From Planctomycetia bacterium (GTDB lineage Bacteria > Planctomycetota > Planctomycetia > Pirellulales > S012-138), in contig JACOUI010000261.1 in the NCBI GenBank assembly GCA_016177915.1, forward strand, positions 4,924 to 68,923: DNA of 64,000 nt. The letters run 5' to 3'. A program made the position numbers and the translations under genes. Under the pieces are notes generated by a model. The model was not told the DNA's origin, ran no database searches, and worked only from the letters and a program-made list of their open reading frames with translations. Shown here in pieces: positions 17,648 to 27,283 of this stretch (position 1 is its first letter; each line of letters starts with the position of its first letter).

Positions 17648-20578
17648 CTACGGCACGTCACCGGCGCGCAGACCGTACCGCTTTCGACGGGCTTCGAACG
17701 CCTCCTTACCGCCCTCAAGGAGATCGACGATCGTTCGCACAATGTCGTCATTGTCAATGGAACCGTGGTTTACGACCTGACCCCTTCGATCGCTCAGAGC
17801 GTCGAGCACCACTACTTGTTCCGCGTCACCGCCGACCACAAGGTTCGGGTCGTGGGTGCACACGATGATCTGCCGGCGCTCCTTGAGTTGCGCGAGGATG
17901 TTCGCGAGCACGCTGCCAATCAAGCGCTTGTCAACATTGTCTTCGGGCTGGTCGATGACGAGCGGAGCGTTCTGGGTCAAAGCGACGAGCGGCAGCATTG
18001 CGCTTGACCGTTGCCCCGGCGACATCTCATTCACGGGCCGTCCGTTCAGCAGGACGGTCGCATGGTCATCCCAGAGAACCTCCTCCAGCCCCAGGAGTTG
18101 CTCCAACCGCTTCCCGTCCGCGGCGAGCACCGGCACGTCGGCGTGGTCATCGTACTCGAACGGCTTGGTCGCCGCTGCCATTCGCTCGATGTCTTCGCTC
18201 CGAAACTGGACCTCGACACCGTCCACAACTGCCTTCTTGCCCTTCCAGACGTCGAGGGAACCGTTCCGCACAGCCCCCGCGAACTCGATGGGCGTGCTGG
18301 AGGCTGCGACCGCCTGCGGTAGCTTGCGGTGCTTGTACTGGGCGGCGCTCGCGAGGAACGGCATCACCGCCGTTACAAACTCCACCGTATCACCGCCGGC
18401 ACAAAACGCGATCGACACACGCATGTCGTCAGGGAGCAACCGGTTCAATGTCGCTTCGACGTCGCCGTTGTACTTTGCGCGGATCCCACTAATCTCGTGC
18501 TGCACTCGGGTAAGTCGCTGGAGGATATCGTCGCGTGCCTTCAGGAGTCCTTGAAGAACCTCCCACTGCTTCAGGTACGCGTCGCGGAGACCGGTCACCC
18601 GGCGGAGCCGTTGTTCGGCATTGGCGCGCAGGTCGGCGACCTTCTGCTTGGAGGCATCCGACGCCCAGCCGGCACGGAGCTTCTGTTCGACGTCTTGGAG
18701 CTGCGCCTCGATCGCCGCGAGGTGCTCGTCGGTGAGTAGCGCAAACGACCGGAGACGTTCGCCAGCTTCCCGCACGAGCCGCTGGCTATTCTGCTCGGCG
18801 GCAAGGAGGCCGAGGCGCGGAAGCTCCTCCGCGAGCCACCAGTCGCGCAGCGGCTGGTCAGCGCGGTCGAGGATCGTTTGCAGGCCCTCACGCAGCGTGA
18901 GTGCTGACGGGTCACCGAGCTGCATGAGGATCTTGTCGATATTCTCGCGCACCTTCCGCAGCACTTCCCGCTTGGCCTGCGCGAGATCATAAGCCGCGAA
19001 GAGATCCTTCACTTCGTCAGTGTTGAGTCTCTCGAAGTCCGCTTGATACTCCTTGAACCGCCGGATTTCTCCGCCGTGTTGGGTAAACTGCTCCACGACA
19101 TCCCGCACGGCCTTCGACGCGCTCGCCCGGTTCGTGCGGAGTTCGGCGCGGACGTCGTCACGGCGCGCGAGAGCCGGCCCGAGGTTGGCCATGAGCCGGT
19201 CGAGCAGGTCGCGCTGGCGGGTAGGGCTGCGCCCGAGCGTTTCGATCTCGCTCCACCCAAAGAGCCGCAGGGGGTACTCCCCCGTCGTTTCCACGTCAGG
19301 GACCTCAACGTAATCTCCCTCCGCAGTGAACACCTTCGTCGCATACTCAGCCTTTGCGTCGAAGGTGGCCTCCAGCACGCGCACGTCGCCCGAGGTCGTA
19401 CGGTAGACGACGCGGATGAGGGAATCGGCGAGGTTGGCTTGCTGCATCTCGCGGATGGGTTCCGCAAGCTTTTCGAGTTCCCTGAGGGTCCGGTTGTACC
19501 CAAAGACGTAACGCAGTGCCTCGACAACCGTGGACTTGCCCGAGCCCCGCGCGCCAATGAGGCAGTTCAGGTTCTCCGCGAACGCGATCGTAAGCTCGGC
19601 GAAGAATGCGTGCGGACCGCCGACGATCTGAATGCCGCAGAGACGGGGACTCGGCGGATCAGGGAGCGCTTCCGGGAAACGGATGCGAGTCTCCGGGAAC
19701 GCGAGCGCGTCCTTCAACCCACTGAGCCCAAGGCGCGTCATCTTCAGATGCGTGACGCGATCGGCCCTCGCGAGGTCCTCCAGGCAGTGGGCGTCGAACG
19801 TGAGGATCGTCGGGATCCATCGAACACAGCCGTCAGTGTTGGACACCCAGCGGTAGTGCGGCCCGTCGGTGCTCCGCGCGACCTCCACGGCGTCCACGCC
19901 AGCGTCGAACAGGTACTCCTTAAAGTTCTCCGCGACTCCATACTCCTTCTCGATGTCTCGCGGGTTGCCGTCCGTGAACAGTTGGAGCATTTCCCGCGAC
20001 GTTTGACGGAACCGGCAGCGGACCCCTTGGTCGTTCTCCACGTGCGCCGCGATGCAGATTCCCCCTTCGGCGTGGACGCGCTCAACCCACTGCTTGAGCG
20101 GGATTCCCCTTACTTCTTCCTTGCCCGTCCGCAGGTTATCGTCCGGGATTGCCGGCAATCCGTGGAAGAGCCGCGAGAAGGCCTCGGGAGTTGCCCCTTC
20201 CCGGAGCACGACAAGCAGGTGAATCCGTGCGCACCCGAGGGCTGCTTCGGGGCGAAAGTTCACCTCCATACCAGGGAGGACAAGGAAATCACCGTCGTCG
20301 CGAACGGACTCGCTTACGCGGCTGGCAAACTCACTCCGCATGTGATCGGTGATAGCCGCGAGGTCGACGTGGCGTTGGAGCTCTGCGGCGAAGGCACTTG
20401 GTCCATCGGCTCCTGAGAACCGCGCCCGGTCATTCTGTGCCGGGTCACTGCCCGCCCGAGGCCAATCGTGGCTCGCCGGCGAATGCAGGTGGAGCGCCAC
20501 ACGACGAAAGCGAGCCGTGCGCTGCCGCAGGTTGTTGACGTTGTCAAGCAGTTGGTCGTACACGCCGTGAGTATCCAT
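17648..20578 (-). CDS. PHP-domain phosphoesterase fused to Rad50/SMC-like ABC ATPase (Ppl-like)
   Basis: PHP motifs ALHLHSPASHDW, AITDH, PGMEVN, IAAHVEND, FDAHCLED. Walker A GARGSGKST, long coiled-coil middle, signature-like SPGQRSS, Walker B LVIDQPEDNVD, H-loop IVCTHD. Confidence 0.85.
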   Translation of the reverse strand: MDTHGVYDQLLDNVNNLRQRTARFRRVALHLHSPASHDWPRAGSDPAQNDRARFSGADGPSAFAAELQRHVDLAAITDHMRSEFASRVSESVRDDGDFLVLPGMEVNFRPEAALGCARIHLLVVLREGATPEAFSRLFHGLPAIPDDNLRTGKEEVRGIPLKQWVERVHAEGGICIAAHVENDQGVRCRFRQTSREMLQLFTDGNPRDIEKEYGVAENFKEYLFDAGVDAVEVARSTDGPHYRWVSNTDGCVRWIPTILTFDAHCLEDLARADRVTHLKMTRLGLSGLKDALAFPETRIRFPEALPDPPSPRLCGIQIVGGPHAFFAELTIAFAENLNCLIGARGSGKSTVVEALRYVFGYNRTLRELEKLAEPIREMQQANLADSLIRVVYRTTSGDVRVLEATFDAKAEYATKVFTAEGDYVEVPDVETTGEYPLRLFGWSEIETLGRSPTRQRDLLDRLMANLGPALARRDDVRAELRTNRASASKAVRDVVEQFTQHGGEIRRFKEYQADFERLNTDEVKDLFAAYDLAQAKREVLRKVRENIDKILMQLGDPSALTLREGLQTILDRADQPLRDWWLAEELPRLGLLAAEQNSQRLVREAGERLRSFALLTDEHLAAIEAQLQDVEQKLRAGWASDASKQKVADLRANAEQRLRRVTGLRDAYLKQWEVLQGLLKARDDILQRLTRVQHEISGIRAKYNGDVEATLNRLLPDDMRVSIAFCAGGDTVEFVTAVMPFLASAAQYKHRKLPQAVAASSTPIEFAGAVRNGSLDVWKGKKAVVDGVEVQFRSEDIERMAAATKPFEYDDHADVPVLAADGKRLEQLLGLEEVLWDDHATVLLNGRPVNEMSPGQRSSAMLPLVALTQNAPLVIDQPEDNVDKRLIGSVLANILAQLKERRQIIVCTHDPNLVVGGDAEQVVVLDALSDRRGQVVNHGSIDNDDIVRTIVDLLEGGKEAFEARRKRYGLRAGDVP

Positions 20579-20781
20579 CTTTCCTTTCCTCGATTCAACA
20601 GTCCGTTTCCCACGCCTATGGACCGTGCGTGCGCAGGCCGGCGCCCGCAGCGTCCACGCGACCCACAGATACTCCCGGCCATGTTCGGTGAGACGGGGCT
20701 CTCTCGGGCCGCGCCTTCCCGTGCATGAATGTCAAAAAAAGACGCACCGTCCCGTCCGCAGGTTCGGTGCGTGGTTGAAAA

Positions 20782-21864
20782 CTAGAACGTCACCAGCTCT
20801 GCGAGCGCCTCACCGTCGAGGTCGTCCGCCTCGCCAGCCTGAGCAAGCGCCGCAATCCGCACAAAGGTACGCCGCACCAGCCTGCCCACGGCCTTGCGCG
20901 CGCCCCGGCGGCCGGCGGCGTCGCCGTCGAAGAGGAGCACGATCGGCCGGCCGGTGGCGGCGAGGATCGCCGCCTGCTCGCGGCTGAGCGACGAGCCGAA
21001 CGTGGCGACCGCGTTTGGGAAGCCACACTGCACGAGGTGGAAGACCTTGAACGGGCCTTCCACGACGATTAGCGCTCGGCCTTCCGTCCCGTCCAGGGCC
21101 TCGGCCAGGCCGTAGACCACCTGGCTTTTGGCGAAGCCGTCCGGCCACTTGTACCGCGGCCGGCCGGTGCCGTCGTCGTAGTCGTCCCCCGGCCAGCGGC
21201 CGAGGTAGGCCACGGGGTTCTCGCCGGCCTCGCGCGGCCAGCGATACACCGGGATCGCCACGTAGTCCTTGAGCACGCCCTTGCGGCAGAGGCCCAGGCC
21301 GAAGCGGGCGATCGTTTCCGGCAGCACTCCCCTATCGCGCAGGTACGGCACGTCGGGATCGAGGTTCAAACGGAACCGCAACGGCTTGAGTTCGGCGGAC
21401 GCAACGGGTAGATTGCGTGTGCTAGGTGACGCGGCCTGTTGGCTTCCCGCCATTGGCGGACGCTCGCAGGCTGCGTCGCTTTCTACCCTCTTGCCCGCCG
21501 TCTCGGGCTTCGTCTTCTTGGGCCCGTCGCGGTTGCCCGACAGCCGGTCGCCGAATCGCTCGGCGAACCAGAACCGCACGTGGGCGTTGTCGTAGCCGGT
21601 CAGGGCCTTGGCCAGCTCGACCACGTCGCCGCCGCGCTGGCAGTCGCCGAAGCAGTACCACTGCCAAATCCCCTTCCGGCAATCCGCCCGCCACTGGTCG
21701 GCGTTCGGCGACGGCCCATGCTTGTGGCCCGGCAACGGGCAGACGCCGGTCAAGACGTCGCCCCGCCGCCGGAACCGGTCGAGGATCCCGAACGCCGCCA
21801 GGACGTCCGGCACCGATACCTTCTGCTTGACCTCCGCGAACGAAACGAACGGACGCTCGCTCAT
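20782..21864 (-). CDS. DNA primase, CHC2 zinc finger + Toprim
   Basis: CPLPGHKHGPSPN...WYCFGDCQRGGDVVELA (CHC2 finger). C-terminal VVEGPFKVFHL...LLFDGDAAGRRGARKA (Toprim). ATG 21864 follows GGAGG. Confidence 0.85.
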   Translation of the reverse strand: MSERPFVSFAEVKQKVSVPDVLAAFGILDRFRRRGDVLTGVCPLPGHKHGPSPNADQWRADCRKGIWQWYCFGDCQRGGDVVELAKALTGYDNAHVRFWFAERFGDRLSGNRDGPKKTKPETAGKRVESDAACERPPMAGSQQAASPSTRNLPVASAELKPLRFRLNLDPDVPYLRDRGVLPETIARFGLGLCRKGVLKDYVAIPVYRWPREAGENPVAYLGRWPGDDYDDGTGRPRYKWPDGFAKSQVVYGLAEALDGTEGRALIVVEGPFKVFHLVQCGFPNAVATFGSSLSREQAAILAATGRPIVLLFDGDAAGRRGARKAVGRLVRRTFVRIAALAQAGEADDLDGEALAELVTF

Positions 21865-22140
21865 GCGACACCTCCTTCCGGCAAGTGAGAAAGGAACAAC
21901 CATTCTCAGCGTGCCAGAGTCGTCGTCGCGTGTCGAAGTCCGCTGGAAGCCCTGTCGGCCGGAGGGCAGCGTTCCGCCGGTACGCCTGTTCCGCCGGCGG
22001 CTGCGCGACGGTATTCTGACTGAGAACGCTCCTGCAAAGCGCAGGCTCGCGTCTCAAGCGCGCTGCGTGCCGGTAGCACCGGGAATCATTGCCAGCCGCG
22101 ACCTACGTTAGGCGCCATACCCAGTTCGGAGTGAAGCCTC

Positions 22141-24501
22141 ATGAACGAGGCCGACACTTGTCGAAAGCTCGTCCGGCCGAAAATCGAGGCCGCAGGCTGG
22201 GACGATCCGCCCCATGCCTACAACGAGCAAATCTCGTTCACCGATGGCCGGATCATTGTGGCCGGCAACAAGGTCCGGCGCGGAAAGCAGAAGCGGGCCG
22301 ATTTCCTCCTGCGCTACACCCGCGACATCACCCTGGCCGTAGTCGAAGCCAAGCCCGACGACGAGCCCGCTGGCGATGGTGTGCAGCAGGCGAAAGAGTA
22401 CGCCGAAGTCCTGGGCCTAAAGTTCGCCTACGCGACGAACGGCAACGAGATCATCGAGGTCGACTACTTCACTGGCCAGGAGCGCCGCCGCGCCGATTAT
22501 CCCACGCCCGACGAGCTCTGGTCGCGATACCGCGCCGGCAACGGCCTTGCCGACGACGCCGCGCAGCGGCTGCTCACCCCGTCCTTTCAAGTGCCGGGCA
22601 AGACGCCCCGCTACTACCAGCAGATCGCCATCAACCGTGCGATCCAGTCCATTCTCCAGGGCAATCGCCGCGTCTTGCTGACGATGGCAACCGGTACGGG
22701 CAAAACGATCGTTGCCTTTCAAATTTGCTGGCGGCTTTGGAACGCGCGATGGAACCGGACTGGTGAACATCGCCGGCCGAAAATCCTCTACCTGGCCGAC
22801 CGCAACGTTCTCATCGACGACCCAAAGGACAAGACCTTCGCCCCCTTCGGCGACGCCCGGCACAAGATCGAAAACGGCCAAGCCGTCAAAAGCCGCGAGA
22901 TGTACTTTGCGATCTACCAGGCCATCGCCAAGGACGAGCGTCGACCGGGCCTTTACAAGGAGTACGCTCCCGATTTCTTCGACCTCATCATCGTCGACGA
23001 GTGCCACCGCGGCAGCGCCCGCGACGAAAGCAACTGGCGCGAAATCCTGGACTACTTCGAGCCGGCGTACAAGCTCGGCATGACCGCCACGCCCCTTCGC
23101 GAGGACAACCGCGACACCTACCTCTACTTCGGCAACCCCATCTACTCCTACAGCCTGAAGCAGGGCATCGAAGACGGCTTTCTGGCGCCCTACCGCGTCC
23201 ACCGGGTCATCACTTCGTACGACGCCGCCGGCTGGCGCCCCACAAAGGACCAGTTGGATCGCTACGGGCGGCTGATCCCCGACGAGCAATACCACACCAA
23301 GGACTTCGAGCGAAGGGTTTCCCTCTATGTGCGGACCGACGCCATCGCCCGTCACCTGGCCGATTTCATGAAGAAGGCCGACCGCTTCGCCAAGACCATC
23401 GTGTTCTGCGTCGACCAGGAGCACGCCGACGAAATGAGGCGTGTCCTGTCCAACCTCAACGCGGATTTGGTGCAGCCGCACCCCGACTACGTTTGCCGCG
23501 TCACGGCCGACGAAGGCGGAATCGGCCGTGGCCACCTGGGCAATTTCCAGGACCCCGAGCGCACGTCTCCGGTGATCCTAACCACGTCGCAGCTCCTCAC
23601 CACCGGCGTCGACTGCCCCACGTGCAAGAACATCGTGCTCGTTCGCGTCATCGGCTCGATGACCGAGTTCAAGCAGATCATCGGCCGCGGCACGCGCGTC
23701 CGCGACGATTTCGGCAAGCTCTACTTCAACATCCTCGACTACACGGGCTCCGCCACGCGCCTCTTCGCCGACCCCGATTTCGACGGCGAACCCGCCTTGG
23801 CCACGCAGCAGGAGATCGACGAATACGGCCAGACCGTCGAGGGCACCGAAGAAGTACTCCAACCCGAAGAGACCCTTGACGAACGGCCGCCGACAACGGA
23901 ACTTGATTTCGGAGACGACCCGGCGGACCGCCGCAAGTTCTACGTCGATGGCGGGCAGGTTTCTATTGCCGCCGATTTGGTGTATGAACTGGACGCCGAC
24001 GGCAAGCAGCTTCGCGTCGTCCAGTACAGCGAGTACGCTGCGGAAAAGGTGCGCAGGCTCTATCCCAACGCTGCCGAACTGCGAAAACGCTGGTCCAACC
24101 CCGATCAGCGGTCGGAGATCATCGTCATGCTGGAAGAACGCGGCATCAATTTTGACGAACTAGCCACTGCTGCTCGGCAGCCCGAGGCCGACCCCTTCGA
24201 CTTGCTCTGCCACCTGGCGTTCAACGCCCCGCTACGCACGCGCCGCGAACGCGCCGAGCGGCTCCGCCGCGAGAAGAAGGACTTTTTCGACAAGCATGCC
24301 CCCGAAGCCAGTGCTATCCTGCACGAACTCCTGGACAAATATGCCGAGCACGGGACTGCCCAATTCGTGATCCCGGACGTGTTGGAGGTGCCGCCAATCT
24401 CGGCCCATGGAAACGTGGTCGAGATCGCCAAGGTGTTCGGTGGAACGGAGAAACTGGTGGAGGCGGTTCACGAGTTACAGACGCTGCTCTATGCCGCGTA
24501 G
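22141..24501 (+). CDS. hsdR: type I restriction enzyme R subunit
   Basis: N-terminus MNEADTCRKLVRPKIEAAGWDD. Helicase motifs LLTMATGTGKT, IIVDECHRG, MTATP, QIIGRGTR. EcoEI-R-C-like tail (FDLLCHLAFNAP...). Confidence 0.95.
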   Translation: MNEADTCRKLVRPKIEAAGWDDPPHAYNEQISFTDGRIIVAGNKVRRGKQKRADFLLRYTRDITLAVVEAKPDDEPAGDGVQQAKEYAEVLGLKFAYATNGNEIIEVDYFTGQERRRADYPTPDELWSRYRAGNGLADDAAQRLLTPSFQVPGKTPRYYQQIAINRAIQSILQGNRRVLLTMATGTGKTIVAFQICWRLWNARWNRTGEHRRPKILYLADRNVLIDDPKDKTFAPFGDARHKIENGQAVKSREMYFAIYQAIAKDERRPGLYKEYAPDFFDLIIVDECHRGSARDESNWREILDYFEPAYKLGMTATPLREDNRDTYLYFGNPIYSYSLKQGIEDGFLAPYRVHRVITSYDAAGWRPTKDQLDRYGRLIPDEQYHTKDFERRVSLYVRTDAIARHLADFMKKADRFAKTIVFCVDQEHADEMRRVLSNLNADLVQPHPDYVCRVTADEGGIGRGHLGNFQDPERTSPVILTTSQLLTTGVDCPTCKNIVLVRVIGSMTEFKQIIGRGTRVRDDFGKLYFNILDYTGSATRLFADPDFDGEPALATQQEIDEYGQTVEGTEEVLQPEETLDERPPTTELDFGDDPADRRKFYVDGGQVSIAADLVYELDADGKQLRVVQYSEYAAEKVRRLYPNAAELRKRWSNPDQRSEIIVMLEERGINFDELATAARQPEADPFDLLCHLAFNAPLRTRRERAERLRREKKDFFDKHAPEASAILHELLDKYAEHGTAQFVIPDVLEVPPISAHGNVVEIAKVFGGTEKLVEAVHELQTLLYAA

Positions 24502-24575
24502 GTTGAAAGGAACCGAAAAGCAAGGCCGACGATGGCCTGTGGAATTGCTGGCAAAGCAAGGTGGACTGACTTGAA

Positions 24576-26129
24576 ATGTTGAAGGTCAAGAACGCGAAAT
24601 CCATCCAGCCCGTCACCACCGCCCAGCGGCTCGGGAGCCTCATCAAGTCCGCGCGCGACATCATGCGAAAGGACAAGGGCCTCAACGGCGACCTCGACCG
24701 GCTGCCGATGCTCACGTGGATCATGTTTCTCAAGTTCCTCGACGACATCGAGCACATCCGCGAAGAGCGGGCCAAGATGCGCAAGGACCGGTTCCGTCCC
24801 GCAATCGAGAAACCGTACCGCTGGCGCGATTGGGCGGCCAAAGAAGACGGCATCACCGGCCCGGAACTCATCGCCTTCGTCAACTACGAAGTCACCACGC
24901 GGCCCGACGAGAGTAAGGGCAAGGGCCTGCTGACGTACCTTCGAGGCCTGCAAAGCGCCAACGGCGACGACCGGCGCGACGTGATCGCGTCCGTCTTCTC
25001 CGGCGTCGCGAACCGGATGGAAAGCGGCTACCTGCTGCGCGACGTTATCAACAAGGTGGGCGCCATCCATTTCAACTCGACCGAGGAAATTCACACGCTC
25101 GGGCACCTCTACGAAACCATGCTCCGCGAAATGCGTGACGCCGCCGGCGACTCGGGCGAGTTCTACACGCCCCGCCCGGTCGTGCGGTTCATGGTCGAGG
25201 TCACCCATCCGCGGCTCGGCGAGACCGTCCTGGACCCGGCCTGCGGCACAGGAGGTTTTTTGGTCGAGGCCTACCGGCACTTCGAAAAGCAGTGCAAGAC
25301 CGTCGAACACCGCCGCATTCTTCAAACGGAGAGCATCTTCGGTGGTGAGGCCAAGCCGCTCCCCTACATGCTGGCCCAGATGAATCTGGTTCTGCACGGT
25401 TTGGAGTCGCCGCAGATCACCAAAGCTAACAGTCTGGCCCAGAAGCTCACCGACATCCGCGACAGCGACCGCGTTGACGTGATCCTCACCAATCCGCCCT
25501 TCGGCGGTGAGGAAGAGCGCGGCATCCTGGGCAACTTCCCCGAAGACAAGCAGACCGCCGAGACGGCCCTTTTGTTCCTTCAGCTCATCATGCGGAAGCT
25601 GAAACGGCCAGGGCGAGGAAGCACCAAGGGCGGCCGCGCCGGCGTGGTCGTGCCCAACGGCACGCTCTTCGGCGACGGCCTATGTGCGCGCATCAAGCAA
25701 GAGCTTCTCAAGGACTTCAACCTGCACACGATCGTGCGGCTGCCCAACGGCGTCTTCGCCCCGTACACCAGTATCCCGACCAATCTGCTGTTCTTCGACC
25801 GGTCCGGCCCAACCAAGGAAGTCTGCTATTACGAGCAGCCGCTGCCAGAGGGAAGAAAGCAGTACACCAAGACGCAGCCGCTCCAGTACGAAGAGCTCAC
25901 TCCCTGCCTGGCGTGGTGGAAGAAGCGGGAGGAGAATGAGCGGGCTTGGAAGGTGTCGGCCGAGGAGCTCCTGGCGACCGCCTGCAACCTGGATCGGAAG
26001 AACCCGATCGCGAAGAAAGGCTACGAACACTTGCCGCCCGAAAAACTGGTCGAGGACATCCTCGCCAAGGAACGCCGGATTATCGAGATCATGGGCGAGG
26101 TCGCGCAGCTTTTGGGGGCCAAGCCATGA
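24576..26129 (+). CDS. hsdM: type I R-M N6-adenine methyltransferase M subunit
   Basis: GEFYTPRPVVRFMV, LDPACGTGGFL, VILTNPPFGG motifs. Confidence 0.95.
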   Translation: MLKVKNAKSIQPVTTAQRLGSLIKSARDIMRKDKGLNGDLDRLPMLTWIMFLKFLDDIEHIREERAKMRKDRFRPAIEKPYRWRDWAAKEDGITGPELIAFVNYEVTTRPDESKGKGLLTYLRGLQSANGDDRRDVIASVFSGVANRMESGYLLRDVINKVGAIHFNSTEEIHTLGHLYETMLREMRDAAGDSGEFYTPRPVVRFMVEVTHPRLGETVLDPACGTGGFLVEAYRHFEKQCKTVEHRRILQTESIFGGEAKPLPYMLAQMNLVLHGLESPQITKANSLAQKLTDIRDSDRVDVILTNPPFGGEEERGILGNFPEDKQTAETALLFLQLIMRKLKRPGRGSTKGGRAGVVVPNGTLFGDGLCARIKQELLKDFNLHTIVRLPNGVFAPYTSIPTNLLFFDRSGPTKEVCYYEQPLPEGRKQYTKTQPLQYEELTPCLAWWKKREENERAWKVSAEELLATACNLDRKNPIAKKGYEHLPPEKLVEDILAKERRIIEIMGEVAQLLGAKP

Positions 26130-27277
26130 ACAACCGCAACTGGCCAATCATCCCGCTGGGAGAAGTCCTCAGGCACCGCAAGGAATTCATCGAAATCGAT
26201 GATCTTCAGACGTACAAGCGGTGTCGCGTCCAACTGCACGCTCAAGGCATCATCCTGCGCGACGAGGTGCAGGGATTAGAGATAAAGACAAAGAACCAGC
26301 AGGTCAGCAAAGCAGGCGAATTCCTAGTCGCGGAGATCGACGCCAAGTTGGGTGGGTATGGAATCGTGCCGCCCGACCTGCACGGAGCGGTCGTCAGCAG
26401 CCACTACTTCCTCTTTGAGATCGACGAAGAAAGCCTCGACCGGAGATTCTTGCGCTACTTTATCCGGACCCCATCATTCCACGAACAGGTTGAAGCTCAG
26501 GGATCAACCAACTACGCGGCGATTCGGCCAGGCCACGTTCTCCAATACCGGATTCCCCTCCCATCGCTTACCGAGCAGCGGCGGCTGGTCGAGCGGATCG
26601 ACGCCCTTGCCACCAAGATCGATGAGGCAAAACGCGTTCGGACAGAAATCACCAACGCAGTTGAGGAACTCTGTCGCTCGATTCTGCGAAGTGGGTTCGA
26701 CGGACAAATGCGCCCAACGCCAATGAAGGATCTAGTCCGTCTGCGGGAGCCAGACGTCGAGGTCAAGAGCGACGAAACCTACCGGTTCGCAGGCGTCTAC
26801 TGCTTCGGCGAAGGGCTCTTCCGAGGCCAACGTAAGACAGGAATGGAGTTCAAGTATCCCAGGCTGACGCGCCTCAGGACGGGCAATTTCGTCTATCCGA
26901 AGCTCATGGCCTGGGAAGGGGCACTCGCAACTGTCCCGCCCGAATGTGATGGGTTGGTTGTCTCCACAGAGTACCCGGTCTTCGAGATCGACACCAAGAA
27001 GGTTCTGCCCGAGGTGCTCGACGTCTATTTTAGAACGCCCTCCGTCTGGCCGGCACTGTCCGGAGCAAGCACCGGAACCAACGTCAGGCGGAGGAGGCTC
27101 AACCCCGCCGATTTCCTACAGTATCAGTTTCCGCTCCCGCCGATGGCCATCCAGCAGCGGCTGAAGGCCATCGCGCAGCGGGCCGAGGCAATCCGTAAAC
27201 AACAAGAGACATCCGCCAAAGCACTCGACGCCATGCTCCCAGCGATCCTCGACTGGGCATTCCAGGGACAGCTATGA
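26126..27277 (+). CDS. hsdS: type I R-M specificity subunit
   Basis: ATGA overlap with the hsdM stop. Two target-recognition-like halves separated by conserved helices (LPSLTEQRRLVERIDAL..., PLPPMAIQQRLKAIAQRAEAI). Confidence 0.9.
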   Translation: MNNRNWPIIPLGEVLRHRKEFIEIDDLQTYKRCRVQLHAQGIILRDEVQGLEIKTKNQQVSKAGEFLVAEIDAKLGGYGIVPPDLHGAVVSSHYFLFEIDEESLDRRFLRYFIRTPSFHEQVEAQGSTNYAAIRPGHVLQYRIPLPSLTEQRRLVERIDALATKIDEAKRVRTEITNAVEELCRSILRSGFDGQMRPTPMKDLVRLREPDVEVKSDETYRFAGVYCFGEGLFRGQRKTGMEFKYPRLTRLRTGNFVYPKLMAWEGALATVPPECDGLVVSTEYPVFEIDTKKVLPEVLDVYFRTPSVWPALSGASTGTNVRRRRLNPADFLQYQFPLPPMAIQQRLKAIAQRAEAIRKQQETSAKALDAMLPAILDWAFQGQL

Positions 27278-27283
27278 GCAACG

